DNA of 63,992 nucleotides, filler included, from Lama guanicoe (taxonomy: Eukaryota), in the NCBI GenBank assembly GCA_013239625.1. It is 96 parts of 96 records of this genome, joined end to end, with 100 filler letters (N's around TTAATTAATTAA, not from the genome) between each part and the next. Parts side by side here need not be neighbours in the genome. Positions count along the whole stretch, not along the records: positions 22,993 to 23,482 come from PNXV01028437.1; positions 23,583 to 24,070 come from PNXV01028438.1; positions 24,171 to 24,555 come from PNXV01028439.1; positions 24,656 to 25,154 come from PNXV01028440.1; positions 25,255 to 26,047 come from PNXV01028442.1; positions 26,148 to 26,427 come from PNXV01028443.1; positions 26,528 to 27,043 come from PNXV01028445.1; positions 27,144 to 27,614 come from PNXV01028447.1; 88 more parts are not named here. The stretch is one strand, 5' to 3'. A program made the translations under genes and the position numbers. The notes under the pieces are model-generated. The model ran no database searches. It saw only the letters and a list, made by a program, of their open reading frames with translations, and was not told where the DNA came from. This document shows, one piece after another, positions 22,893 to 35,537 of this stretch (the first letter of the stretch is position 1; every line of letters starts with the position of its first letter).

Positions 22893-24913
22893 NNNNNNNN
22901 NNNNNNNNNNNNNNNNNNNNNNNNNNNNNNNNNNNNTTAATTAATTAANNNNNNNNNNNNNNNNNNNNNNNNNNNNNNNNNNNNNNNNNNNNCCTTCTCT
23001 TCCGTCTCTTCTTACATTTATGAACTTTAATGTTCATCTATCAGCTTGGACGAATCTGGGGTTACTACGTTTCCATCACCCCATGTCAAACTTTAAAAAG
23101 CATAAATGTGTATGCGAGAGGGAAAGAAAAATATACTTCCTCTACTTTCCCCAGTTAAGAGGCAGTGGAGTTGGTGAAAAACTTGATCTCAGTTCTAGGG
23201 ACGTGTGAAAGGAAGCATTAAAGAACACCAACATGCAAAGGTGTCCACAGCCTTTCTGCCTAAGGGAGCTCCTCCAGAGATGGGGAGAAAACAGGCCGCC
23301 ATGTGGCCTGCGTGGCCTGAATACTGTGCGTGATTAAGAGCAGCGATCCTTAGCATTCCACACAGTGGCTCTGCCCCAAACTTGACATTTCAGCACTCAG
23401 GATTCTGCCCCAGCCTTTTTAAAGGAGTCACAAGTTCTACAATAAAACCTTCATAACTGTAGCTAATGTGCAAAATGCATTCNNNNNNNNNNNNNNNNNN
23501 NNNNNNNNNNNNNNNNNNNNNNNNNNTTAATTAATTAANNNNNNNNNNNNNNNNNNNNNNNNNNNNNNNNNNNNNNNNNNNNTAGGTGTCCATAAAACAT
23601 GAGATAAATTCATTTCAGAATATTTATTGGATGGTTGACAATCTATCTGAGACTGTGTTACTAGTATGGTGAAAAAGTTCATGATCCTCACAAATAAGTA
23701 TTCTTTCTTAAGTGTTAAAATGGTAGGCAAGCCATTGTCTTCTATGGGAACACAGTGGCCGGGATTAGAGAGAGCATAGTTCTCAGACTTGCAGGAAACT
23801 TTCTAGAGGTCTTAAAGATGAAATCAAAACCCAATCGAAGATTAGAACTTACTCAGGTGAGTTCAAGACAGAAAACAAATGTTCTGTGAGAAATATTTAC
23901 TAAAATACCTGTCATGTGGAATGTACTCAATAAATGTAGCCTATTATCTTTGTTGGAAGGAACATATTAAGAGAACAAGGAAGAGAGATAAGATCATGAA
24001 TTTTCCCTGTGATGTAGTCCATGTGAAATGTTCAAACAGATGCGTCAGGTTGCATCTGAGAATCAGGAGTNNNNNNNNNNNNNNNNNNNNNNNNNNNNNN
24101 NNNNNNNNNNNNNNTTAATTAATTAANNNNNNNNNNNNNNNNNNNNNNNNNNNNNNNNNNNNNNNNNNNNGTCTCCCGCGAACGCTGAGCTTTCAGGAGG
24201 CAGTGTCTCTCGTAGACGTGGTGTTGTGGTTTTTTTAATTGAATTATTTGGTGACATTAACATTTTAATGAAGAAATTATCCTACTTTCATACATCTTAA
24301 GAGACTGATATTTAATTTCTGCTTCATGTTAATAATGTTGTAAGTATTTAACATATTTTAAGTCTCAGTTAAAACTAATTTGCACTTCGTGTTTCCGTAA
24401 AGACAGAAGCATAATGTGTGTCTTGTCACGTGTGTTTATATTCTTGCTTTGTCGCCAGCACCCCCTTTAATGGAGCTATATTTTGAAAATATGAACCCCA
24501 AGGGGGTAACCATTTAGATAAGCAATACCCTTGATGTAAGAACTGCCAATCATACNNNNNNNNNNNNNNNNNNNNNNNNNNNNNNNNNNNNNNNNNNNNT
24601 TAATTAATTAANNNNNNNNNNNNNNNNNNNNNNNNNNNNNNNNNNNNNNNNNNNNCCGTCGGCAGTGCTCAGGAGAGAGGCTGGCACACACAGCAGCTCC
24701 GTAAGGACTGGAGCAGGAGAACGCCGACCGCGCTGCAGGCGCCACAGTTGCCCAGAGGCACTTTCTGGACAAGCTCCTACCAAGAGAAGCCTCGGGCTGT
24801 GGAGCGAGGCCCGTGCGAGCACGGTGTGCCTGACGAACCACCACGGTGATGCAGAAACTCCCCCAGTCTGGCACAGAAACTCCCCCAGTGTGGCACAAAA
24901 CATGGCAACTTCA

Positions 24914-25028
24914 GGGGTGGGGAGGGTGCAGCTCAGCAGAAGAGCGCATGCTTACCACGCACGAGGTCCTGGGTTCACTCCCCAGAATCTCCATCAATAC
25001 ATACATGAAACAACGCAATTACCACCTT
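24914..25028 (+). mobile_element. vic-1-like SINE, diverged
   Basis: ggggagggtgcagctcagcagaagagcgcatgcttaccacgcacgaggtcctgggttcactccccagaatctccat...caattacc belongs to the same family as the copies at 16716 and 28216. Confidence 0.85.
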
Positions 25029-25759
25029 GCTCACATGGGGAAAACAATGACTGCTTCATAAACTTTAATAGGCCCATTTCTGTGACATAAAGGCTTCCAC
25101 AACAAAAACTGACCTATTGTCTCTGACTATACTTTAATTAAAGAAAAAAATGTCNNNNNNNNNNNNNNNNNNNNNNNNNNNNNNNNNNNNNNNNNNNNTT
25201 AATTAATTAANNNNNNNNNNNNNNNNNNNNNNNNNNNNNNNNNNNNNNNNNNNNATTTAACCAGGTCGCACATATTAATGGCACATCACACCTAGAAGGG
25301 CTCTTAGAAGAGATGTAGGTGTTGAACCCTCTCATTTTGCAGATAAAGAGAATAAAGCGCAGGCAGGTAAATTCCCCGCCCAAGGTGACACTCTCATCGA
25401 CGCATAAAGATCAGAGAAGGCAGTAAGGTTTGAGTTGCTTTCCTTGTTAAACAGATTTCTCAAGTCAGAAACTATCTTTCCCGCCTGGGTGGACACACCA
25501 GCGTACCTCTGATAAATATCTGTGAATCAAGAGTGGGAGACCCCACAGTGGGCACACCCTAACCACACCGGAAAGAAAATCAAAATATTTCACCACCAGT
25601 GTAAAGTCACTTTGTTAAGCACAAAGTTGGGCCTGAAACGTGAAACGCTTTGTTAAAAGCTTCATGTCTTTCTAGCACTGATAGACTGCATGCGTCATAT
25701 TCTCTTTTTTTCCCCTTGGACCCAATTTCTATTTTGGGGGGCATCAGAGTCTGGTTTGT

Positions 25760-25895
25760 GCTGCGTTTGAGTATTATTTCTACCACTGATTGGCTGTATG
25801 ACTTGAGACAAAGGGCTTAACTTCTCTGAAATTGTTTCCTTATCTGAAAAACGGGGCTAACTGTATTTGCCCTATAGTGTTTTGAAGATCAAATG
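25760..25895 (+). mobile_element. MIR SINE core
   Basis: ctaccactgattggctgtatgacttgagacaaagggcttaacttctctgaaattgtttccttatctgaaaaacgggg...gaagatcaaatg. A second reverse MIR piece lies at about 25325-25395. Confidence 0.75.
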
Positions 25896-28215
25896 TATTC
25901 ACGTTCAATCAACTATACAAGGATGGGAGAATCAGCCCAAAGTGTGCTGGGCCTGCCTAACTGAATGACTGAAATGTTTTCGAAACGTTGAAGGCTATAA
26001 GAAAGCGCACACGTGTACTCTGGTTGGCACAGTTTTCACCACTCTCTNNNNNNNNNNNNNNNNNNNNNNNNNNNNNNNNNNNNNNNNNNNNTTAATTAAT
26101 TAANNNNNNNNNNNNNNNNNNNNNNNNNNNNNNNNNNNNNNNNNNNNGCCTCTTGGTTACCTTTCCCCCACTGTATATTCATTTTTTGTAATGGGCGAAA
26201 TGACCATAACTGATTTCATTTTCAGGTATTCTTTGTGTTTCATTATTCTGTTTGTTCTGTGCCACTACCATATTCTTTTTATTACTGTAGATTTGTATTA
26301 TATTTTAAAATCAGGGACAGTGAAACATCCCCTTTGTTCTTTTTCAAAGTTGTGTTTTCAGTTTGTTTATTTTCTTTCATTTCTTATTTTTAGTGATTTC
26401 AACTCTTTTGTGTTTACATTTATATTTNNNNNNNNNNNNNNNNNNNNNNNNNNNNNNNNNNNNNNNNNNNNTTAATTAATTAANNNNNNNNNNNNNNNNN
26501 NNNNNNNNNNNNNNNNNNNNNNNNNNNCCTTCTTGCTTGAGCTGTATCATCCTCACCTCTATCTACTCTTTTTCTAACCCCCTTCCCCCTTGTACCTTTT
26601 AAAAGAAAAAAACTGGGCCATTTCTTGGTTGGAAATCCACAGGGCATACACTCTTGCTTTGCTACTGGGATACAGAGGAAACCCAAGGGCTAAGGTTTCC
26701 ATTTCCACTCCTTAGACCCCTACCTGCCAGGAATTTACCTCAAAAATGGGAGTTCATTTTATTTGCTCAGAAACCTGGGAAGATCCACAGAAGACTTTCC
26801 TCTGTGTAATTATTATTGGCAAACATGGCCAGACTCTTACTCTTTGTGACTATGTAGTTCCACACTGATGGATATTTATTTAAACTCCTGGAACCTATTT
26901 TTAATCTCATTTTCTTGTCTCTTTGTTCTTCTCTTTTTTCTTTTTGTTTTTTATTTTTAACATCTATTTCATTTTTTTACTATGATGTAGACAAACAAAT
27001 ATCAAAAAAATTTTTTTGATAAGTTTATTATTTGAGTTCTGATNNNNNNNNNNNNNNNNNNNNNNNNNNNNNNNNNNNNNNNNNNNNTTAATTAATTAAN
27101 NNNNNNNNNNNNNNNNNNNNNNNNNNNNNNNNNNNNNNNNNNNGTTTTCCGTGACATACATCTGGGAGTTTTCCTTTACTTTTCCACACCCTTACCCCCG
27201 TCAGTACTACAATTCTCTTCCTTAATGTCCCCCAATTAAGTCCCCGCCCCTCGCTCCCCACTGCATTAATTTCCACCCCTTGCTAGTCTCCCCAGTGCTG
27301 TACTTTAGAATGAGCAATCCACTTTGCTCACTTTTAAGACTAATCTGTGTCACTCTCCTCCTTAAAACCCCAAAGACTTCCCCGCTGCATATGTGAGGAT
27401 GTACACGCTCCCTGATTTAATGTCACACCTTCTCAACACTTGCTGCTTTTTTTCAGCCTCAGCTGCCGTTACTTCCCCACAGCCTCTAGCTTCACTGACC
27501 TTCTTTCCCTAAGTGCAAAATGCTGTTAGACACCACCAGACCTCTGCAAGAGACACGAAAGCTGACGAGGATCCCGTGCCCACACGCACTCTCCTGGTCT
27601 GGAGATTTGCTGGANNNNNNNNNNNNNNNNNNNNNNNNNNNNNNNNNNNNNNNNNNNNTTAATTAATTAANNNNNNNNNNNNNNNNNNNNNNNNNNNNNN
27701 NNNNNNNNNNNNNNGCATTATTATGTTGACTTTTTAACATTAAATTGAAGAAATAAAAATATCCAGTGAAGTTAGATTCAGTATCTCCTCTCAGATAGTT
27801 GTTGGAGACTAGACGATGTAATGAGGGAATTCAGCAGGTTGAAAGTGTCCCCTTTACGTACATGACTGAAACTCTCCATTTAAAAGATTTTAAAAAAAAC
27901 AGATCATAACTAATTATAAGAACAAAATTGTTTGTATGTAAGTTGTGATTTATTCTAAAACAACTGCCAAATAATATGTCTAGAACTATGCTGGAGATGG
28001 TATAAGAACATACATGGGCGATACCCGCCAACTTCAGAGCAATGATTACCTGTGTGGAGGGAAAGGAAAGATGCTTCAGGAATGTCTATTTTAAAGAAGA
28101 AAGAAGAGAGGCAAATGTGGGAAAATGCTAACGTTTATTAAGTGGAAGGGTGGTGTTGCATGGGTCTTTGTCATACAACATTTTTGAATGTGTGAAATCT
28201 TTCATAATTGAAATT

Positions 28216-28341
28216 GTTGGAGGTTCCGGGGGGAGGTAATTAGGCTGGTTATTTATTTACTTAACAGAAGTCCAGGGGATTTGAACCCAGGGCCTCGTGC
28301 ATGCATAGCACGCACTCTGCCACTGAGATATATCCTCCCCC
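28216..28341 (-). mobile_element. vic-1-like SINE with 15-bp target-site duplication, inserted at the end of an old L1 3'UTR
   Basis: ggggaggtaattagg...ggggatttgaacccagggcctcgtgcatgc..agcacgcactctgccactgag.tatatcctcccc. Flanks are ttcataattgaaatt (28201-28215) and ttcataatttaaatt (28342-28356). Confidence 0.92.
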
Positions 28342-28637
28342 TTCATAATTTAAATTCTTACTTTAAAACTAAGCACACTGGGAAGAAGTGTGCACAAACA
28401 CTAGTTGTCTGAGGATGCTGGAAACAAATGGAATTTGTCTGCACTGGCTCGTTTTCTGGAATGACCACCTATGACGTCTGTAGTTGACAACATGACAGAC
28501 CTGTTTGAGTGATTGTGAATTGGTAACAAACCAGAGANNNNNNNNNNNNNNNNNNNNNNNNNNNNNNNNNNNNNNNNNNNNTTAATTAATTAANNNNNNN
28601 NNNNNNNNNNNNNNNNNNNNNNNNNNNNNNNNNNNNN

Positions 28638-28957
28638 TTACTTGAACACAAAAAGGAATTTGGGTACTGATATATGCTACACCATGTATGAGCCTAGACA
28701 ACGTCACACTAAATTAAAGACGACAATCATAAAAGGCAGCATACTCTATGGTTCTACTTATATGAAATGCCCAGAACAGGCAAATCTGTAGAGGCAGAAA
28801 GTAGAGTGGTGGCTGCTGGGGGCTAAAGAAAAGGAAGGTTAGGGACTGACTTAATAAAGGGTTCTGGTTCCTTTTGGGGGTGACGGCTACAAAGCTCTGA
28901 AATGTATTTAAAATCCTAATGCACACTTTCAAAGGCTGCATTTTATGGTATGTGAAT
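28638..28957 (+). mobile_element. Old L1 (L1MB/L1MC-like) 3'UTR
   Basis: gtactgatatatgctacaccatgtatgagcct...tatgaaatgcccagaacaggcaaatctgtagaggcagaaagtaga...ttttatggtatgtgaat. Confidence 0.85.
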
Positions 28958-29057
28958 NNNNNNNNNNNNNNNNNNNNNNNNNNNNNNNNNNNNNNNNNNN
29001 NTTAATTAATTAANNNNNNNNNNNNNNNNNNNNNNNNNNNNNNNNNNNNNNNNNNNN

Positions 29058-29815
29058 TGTTTCCTTCTGCCAGTTTGAAGTTCCTGCAGGTTTCATTTAA
29101 ACCCTACTTTGAGCTTGTACTTCCCCATATATATGTATGTTGTGGAGATTGCAACTGAAGAGAAACTTTGTGTTCCCAACAAGCTATGTGAACGACGGCT
29201 TTCACACACGCTTATCTCTCAAAACTGAGAATGTGGAGAGACGTCCATTCAACTAGCACACATGGAAAAGGTTACATGTGAAACACTTACTCTGGTTTCT
29301 CAGTCGGATTCCTACTGCCGATTTGAAGTTCCTGAAGTTTTCACTGTAAAAGTGAGATGGAGCTTGTACCTCCCCATATATATTTATGTAGTGTAGTTTG
29401 CATCTGAGGAGAACCTTTGTGTTCCTAACAAGCTAGGTGAAAGACGGCATTCACACACGCTTATCTCTCCAAACTGAACATCTGGTAGAATTTCGTTCAT
29501 CTAGCACAAAGGAACATGTTGCAGGTGAAACACTTACTCTGTTTCTCAGTCTGTTTCCTAGTGCCGGTTTGAAGTTCCTGCAGTTTTCAATGTAAAACCG
29601 AGTTGAAACTTGTACCTCCCCATATATATGAATGTAGTTGAATGTGCAACTTAAGAGAAACATTGTGTTCCCAACAATGTATTTGAAGGACGGTTGTCAA
29701 ACACGCCTAACCCTCAAAACTGAGCATGTGGAGAGACGTTTGTTCATCTAGAACAAATGGAAAAGTTTGCAGGAGAAACACTTTCTCTGGTTTCTCAGTC
29801 TGTTTCCCAGTGCCG
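29058..29815 (+). repeat. Satellite DNA, ~248-bp monomer, three diverged units
   Basis: The motif tgcc(g/a)..ttgaagttcctg(c/a)ag starts at 29068, 29316, 29562 and 29811 (spacings 248, 246, 249). Confidence 0.95.
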
Positions 29816-30001
29816 NNNNNNNNNNNNNNNNNNNNNNNNNNNNNNNNNNNNNNNNNNNNTTAATTAATTAANNNNNNNNNNNNNNNNNNNNNNNNNNNNN
29901 NNNNNNNNNNNNNNNTGACCCCGGGAACTGACTGTCGGAAGCAGAGGAACTCCCTCCCAGAAAGGCAGGGATGGGCACTTTGGGGATGGAGGGGCAAGTA
30001 C

Positions 30002-30172
30002 CAGGTCGTTCCTGGGGGGCGCACGCGCACTGCGCCCCCAGCTCCGCCGACACCTCCACCGCCCGCTGCGGCAGGCAGCGCGCCCACTTGCGCATCAGGG
30101 CGTCCTCGGCCTGGGCCAGCCCTGCCTGCACGGTCCTACAGAAGAGCTCCGCGCCGGGCTCGGGCAGCAGCT
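30002..30172 (-). CDS. Probable coding exon fragment, gene not identified
   Basis: Open frame [56 protein letters not shown] with nearly all third positions G/C and retained CpGs. The bias ends at a possible donor CTG|GTACTT. Confidence 0.65.
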
Positions 30173-30900
30173 NNNNNNNNNNNNNNNNNNNNNNNNNNNN
30201 NNNNNNNNNNNNNNNNTTAATTAATTAANNNNNNNNNNNNNNNNNNNNNNNNNNNNNNNNNNNNNNNNNNNNCCCAAAGGAAAAGCACTACAAATAAGTG
30301 CACAGCAGTAATTTCCATATTTCCCTTCACAGCTCAGACAGGAAGAGGTTTCATCTACATAAAGTGCAGCGGGTTCCAGAATTGTGATGAGAAAATGTAA
30401 TCTTTAATAAAGATGAGGTAAAGGCATGTCTGTGATCTCTTTACCCCTACTGTTATGCTAAAGCCTCCAGTAAACTGAAACTACCAAGGAAAACTACGCA
30501 ATGAAATTTTGGAATGTATCCTTGACTAGCTCCAGGTTAGCATTTTGCCATTTGTTTGGGTGAAAATCATCTATACTGTATTTAAATAGCTTTCTTATGG
30601 AATTATTTTATTTAAGGCTTTTCTTTTATTTAAAATGCCTGCTACATTTTAGAAGGTGATAGCAATAGAGATATAATCATAAGCTTTTTCTTACTTAATC
30701 TGTTTACTTGATTCATAATATGATAATGAACCATCCTTATATTTCTTGACTAGCCTTACATATTCTCCTTTTGATATATTACTAGACTTAGTTTCTAATA
30801 NNNNNNNNNNNNNNNNNNNNNNNNNNNNNNNNNNNNNNNNNNNNTTAATTAATTAANNNNNNNNNNNNNNNNNNNNNNNNNNNNNNNNNNNNNNNNNNNN

Positions 30901-31397
30901 TCTAAGCAAGCAAAAGGAGAAAATAATAACAATAAGAACAAACATAAATAAAAGAAAAATGAAAAAGACATAAAGGAAATAAATGCAGTCAAACGCCATT
31001 TATTGAAAAGGGCAATATAATTGATAACGCTTTTACCAGATTGACCAAAACAAATACAGTATGCAAATTACCAGTTTTAGGAATGAGAGACAAGATACCA
31101 CTACAGTCACAACAGACATTAAGAGGATAGTAAGGGAAGAGTAATTAACAATTTATGCCCAGAAACGCAACAACTTAGGTGAAATGGATCAATTTGTTGA
31201 TAGACACAAACCACCAAAATAGATTTTGAAAGCATACTTATTTTTAATAACCTCCCAAGAAAGTAACCCCCAGGCCCAGATGGTTTCACTGGTGAACTCA
31301 GCCAAATATCTAGAGAAGGCATAATATCACGTCTACACAATATCTTCTAGAAAATAATAAAAGGGAAGAGATAATTCTCAATTTATTTAATGAGAGC
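30901..31397 (+). mobile_element. L1 ORF2 fragment (between endonuclease and RT), degraded
   Basis: caacttaggtgaaatggatcaatt...ccaggcccagatggtttcactggtgaactc encodes the NL.EMD.F and PGPDGFTGEF motifs. Confidence 0.92.
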
Positions 31398-31659
31398 NNN
31401 NNNNNNNNNNNNNNNNNNNNNNNNNNNNNNNNNNNNNNNNNTTAATTAATTAANNNNNNNNNNNNNNNNNNNNNNNNNNNNNNNNNNNNNNNNNNNNAAA
31501 TCATGTAGTCAGGAACAGTGCTGTGCAGTAGCGGTCCCCACGGTGACAAAGGTGCTCTGCGCGTGCTGTGTGATGGCTTCTGTGCTGCGCAGTGTAGCTG
31601 GAGAGCGGGGCTCAGCCTGCGGCCTGTGCTTAACATGGCTTCAGGGAAGGGGTGGCTTA

Positions 31660-31755
31660 CACTTAGACAGGGGTGTGCAGCAGAGACCACACGTGGCCCG
31701 CACAGCCTGAAAATCTTAGTTTGACCTTTCACAGAAACAGTTTGCCAACCCCTCT
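31660..31755 (+). mobile_element. MER58-like hAT MITE end
   Basis: tggcccgcacagcctgaaaat...tttgacctttcacagaaacagtttgccaacccct. Confidence 0.7.
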
Positions 31756-31881
31756 TCTAGAGTATGTTGTAAAGTATAATGCAGTTCTACTAGAGATCAG
31801 TGAGAAGATAACAAGAATTCACCCTCTTCACTTCTCACAGGTTCCTGCTTTCTGCTTCTTCTTAAGTCAGTTTTGTTAGTT

Positions 31882-32192
31882 TGTGTCCGCGTTAGCTCTC
31901 TAGGGCTGCCGTAATAGGGGACCACAACCTGGGTTGCTGAAACAACACACGTTTATTGTTCTCGCAGTTCTGGAGGCTGGAAGTCCAAAATCAAGGTGTT
32001 GGCAGGTTGGTTTCTTCCCAGGGCTGTGAGGGAGCATCTGTCCATGTGTCTTTCCTGGCTTCTGGTGGTTTGCCGGCAGTCTTTGGCGTTCCTTAGCCTG
32101 CAGATGCGTCACTCTGACCTCTCTATCTTCCCAAGATGTGTGCGTGCGTGCAAATTTCCCCTTTCTGTAAGGACACCAGTGGTTTTGGATTA
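31882..32192 (-). mobile_element. MLT1-family MaLR LTR
   Basis: tagggctgccgtaa...ccacaacctgggt...aaacaacacacgtttattgttctcgcagttctggaggctggaagtccaaaatcaaggtgttggcagg...taaggacaccagt. Confidence 0.92.
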
Positions 32193-32292
32193 NNNNNNNN
32201 NNNNNNNNNNNNNNNNNNNNNNNNNNNNNNNNNNNNTTAATTAATTAANNNNNNNNNNNNNNNNNNNNNNNNNNNNNNNNNNNNNNNNNNNN

Positions 32293-32800
32293 TAGTAAAA
32301 GGAATTCCTATATAGCCTTCAACCAGATTCACCAATTGTAAACATTGTTATCACCTTTGTTTTATCATTCTTTCTCAATATATAAACATTTGAGAGTCTA
32401 CTATAGCTATCTTGTCCCTTTTCCTCTAAATTCTTCATATATAATTGCAAAGAAACTGGACTTTCTTGTAAACTGGTGCAACACACTTAACAGAAAAAGG
32501 AAGTTTAACATTAATACAATGCTGTTATCTAATATGCAGCCCACATTCAAATTATATCAGTTGTCCCAATAATGTCCTTATGCTCTTTTTCCCAATCCAG
32601 GATTCAATCCAAGATCACACACTGCATTTACTTGTCATGTGTTTTCAGTCTCTATAAACTTACAAATTATTCTAACTTTCTTTATTTTTCATGACATTAG
32701 CATTTTTTTAAGTATAGTCATTTTTGTAGAGTGTCCCTTAAATTGGAATTCTCTGAAGTTTGTTTGTGATTAGATTCAGGCCATGCATTTTTTTCAAGAA
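32293..32800 (-). mobile_element. Old L1 3'UTR (L1MC/L1ME-like)
   Basis: ccagattcaccaattgtaaacatt...aagtttaacattaatacaat...ttgtcccaataatgtcctt...ccaggattcaatccaagatcacacactgcattta. Confidence 0.75.
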
Positions 32801-34669
32801 TAACCACTTGTTGTCAGTTGTTCCATTACTACATAAGTAAGCTTTGAAAACTTGGCTAAGATTGAATTCTTCCATTTTGTTCAATGTGGTNNNNNNNNNN
32901 NNNNNNNNNNNNNNNNNNNNNNNNNNNNNNNNNNTTAATTAATTAANNNNNNNNNNNNNNNNNNNNNNNNNNNNNNNNNNNNNNNNNNNNAAAGTCAGCC
33001 TGCCCACTGACAGCGAGGCACACCATCCAAGGACAGTCAGTCAATCTGAAAGTGTTCATTTTAAACTCTATTTTGAGTTTATTATTCTTCCTTTTTGTCT
33101 CAAACGCTGGGCAAATGCTCCAGGTTCTCACCTCAAGGTCTGCCTAGACAGAGCCCTTCGATAGCAGACTCGCAGAAATGCTCAGCAGTTCTGAAAACTA
33201 GTCACAAATGAACAATGGGACGTGTGTTCTTTCTCTAACACAGGTAGATGTTGTGCTGAAAGGCATTTTTATTCTAATATCTGTATTTTGCTGATGTTTA
33301 TCCATTGCGAGCAGTGGCTATGGAATGAGGAAATTAATCCTGAGCTTTCTAAACATCTCAATCAAAATGCCACATTCTCAGTGGTTTCTTGTGAGGTCCA
33401 CAAAGCAAAAAACAAGTGGTATTTCCGACTCTCCAAGAAGATCCCACCTGTCATCAGCCCCTTTTTGAAAAGATAGAATTATCGAACTCTCACGCTCCAC
33501 TGTTAATTGCACAATTCTAAGAAACAGTTCATATCGAGTCCCTATATTCTTAAGTCATGAATTTCTTTTGGGGGTTTTACATTCTTTTTGTGCATCTTTC
33601 ACAAAATGCTTAATTTGGCTTTCACGAATAGGTGGGATCTTGGTATGCCATGGGGTTGGTGTTTAAACTCAGCCTAATGTCAATAATTCACTTTCACTGC
33701 ATCTCAGTTTTCTCCCTGCCTCTGATTTAAGTACCTTTGGCCATGTTCTCCTCCCANNNNNNNNNNNNNNNNNNNNNNNNNNNNNNNNNNNNNNNNNNNN
33801 TTAATTAATTAANNNNNNNNNNNNNNNNNNNNNNNNNNNNNNNNNNNNNNNNNNNNCCTTTGTGCATGGTGGCATCAGCAGTGGATGTAAAGTGGCAGCC
33901 TGGGCGTCGGGGGTGTCCAGACACAGTGTCACATGTGGTGGTGGCACATAGCAGTGGGAGCGTGCCTGCTTGGGGCCCTTTGGGGAAGCAGCTAGCCAGA
34001 GCCCCCAAGACGAGCACGAGCACTGCAGCATCCGGCGGTGTCCCAGTGAGGGCCCCCCCCCACCCCATTGGTGGATTCTGGGGAGATGTGTCCTGAAAGA
34101 CTGGGTGGGCTTGGGGCTCAGCTCTCCTGGGAAATNNNNNNNNNNNNNNNNNNNNNNNNNNNNNNNNNNNNNNNNNNNNTTAATTAATTAANNNNNNNNN
34201 NNNNNNNNNNNNNNNNNNNNNNNNNNNNNNNNNNNACTAACAGTCTGTTCTTGCCACCCTAATAGTTTTCCTTAATTTGGATATTAATAGTTATCAAAAG
34301 AGCCAAAACAAACAAACAAACAAACAAACAAAACCAGAGCATATTTTGGTCTGCCTCCAGGGTAACAGCAGGGAATTCTGAGAAAACTTCAATAAACCAC
34401 TGATGGAAATCAATGGGGGACTCACCTGTCTTCTGGGCACACTCTTGTGACATCTTCCAGCTCACCTTTAGTGGAAAGGCTCCAAGTACAGCTCTTAGCA
34501 GCCCTNNNNNNNNNNNNNNNNNNNNNNNNNNNNNNNNNNNNNNNNNNNNTTAATTAATTAANNNNNNNNNNNNNNNNNNNNNNNNNNNNNNNNNNNNNNN
34601 NNNNNAAAACTTGAGTGAGCTAGACTTTCTTCCTTATATGATTAAATAGACATTATTATTTTTTCTGTC

Positions 34670-34819
34670 TATTGGATGAAGGCAGTCAAAAGGTATACAC
34701 CTCCAATTATAAGGTAAATAAGTATTAGGGGTATAATGTACAAAACGATAAATATAATTAACACTGCAGGATATTATATTTGAAAGTTGTTTAGAGGGTA
34801 AGAGTTCTCATCACACGCA

Positions 34820-34861
<42 letters not shown>

Positions 34862-35015
34862 TTTTTCCGTGTCTTTAATTCTGTATCTGTATGAGATGTT
34901 GGATACTCACTAAACTTGTGATAATCATTTCATGATGTGTGGAAGTCAAACCATGATGCTGTCTACCTTAAACTCATACAGTGTTGTGTATCAGTTATAT
35001 CTCAATAAAACTAGA
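34670..35015 (+). mobile_element. L1 3' terminus containing an (AC)18 microsatellite
   Basis: ggatgaaggcagtcaaaaggtata...gctgtctaccttaaactcatacagtgttgtgtatcagttatatctcaataaaact. Confidence 0.85.
34823..34858 (+). repeat. (AC)18 microsatellite
   Basis: Perfect dinucleotide run. Confidence 0.95.
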
Positions 35016-35236
35016 AGGAAAAATAGACACTGTAATTTTCTGCTCGTCCAGAAGCAACTCAGAATTGAGCAAGGAGTTCAAAAGTGGAGNNNNNNNNNNN
35101 NNNNNNNNNNNNNNNNNNNNNNNNNNNNNNNNNTTAATTAATTAANNNNNNNNNNNNNNNNNNNNNNNNNNNNNNNNNNNNNNNNNNNNTGAGGAGGGGA
35201 GCAGAGAAGGAACAGTAGTTTACTTAAACATTGGAA

Positions 35237-35537
35237 CAGAGCCATGCCCAGCTTTGTTACGCTGCTTTTACTGTACTTCATAAATACTGCGTTTTCTGCA
35301 AATTGAAGATCCGTGACAACCCTGCGTTGAACAAGTCTATAGCTGCCATTTTTCCAATAGCATTATTTTTAAATTAAGGTTGTTTTCTTAGACTACTGCA
35401 CACTTAATACAGTATAGTATAAATATAACTTTTGTATGCACTGGGAAACCAAAGAATTCATGTGGATCATTTTACTGTGATACTCACTTTATTTCAGTGG
35501 CCTGGAACCGAACATGGAGTATCTCTGAGGTTTGCTG
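35237..35537 (+). mobile_element. Tigger1 internal-deletion derivative (TcMar-Tigger)
   Basis: The 5' part caaattgaagatccgtgacaaccctgcgttgaacaagtctat..gccatttttccaatagca is fused to the 3' part ggaaaccaaagaattcatgtg...ggaaccgaac...tatctctgaggtttgctg, followed by TA. Confidence 0.85.

Noticed and set aside
24665..25090. 141-aa ORF
   Set aside because: It runs through a tandem duplication and a SINE and has no protein-like features.
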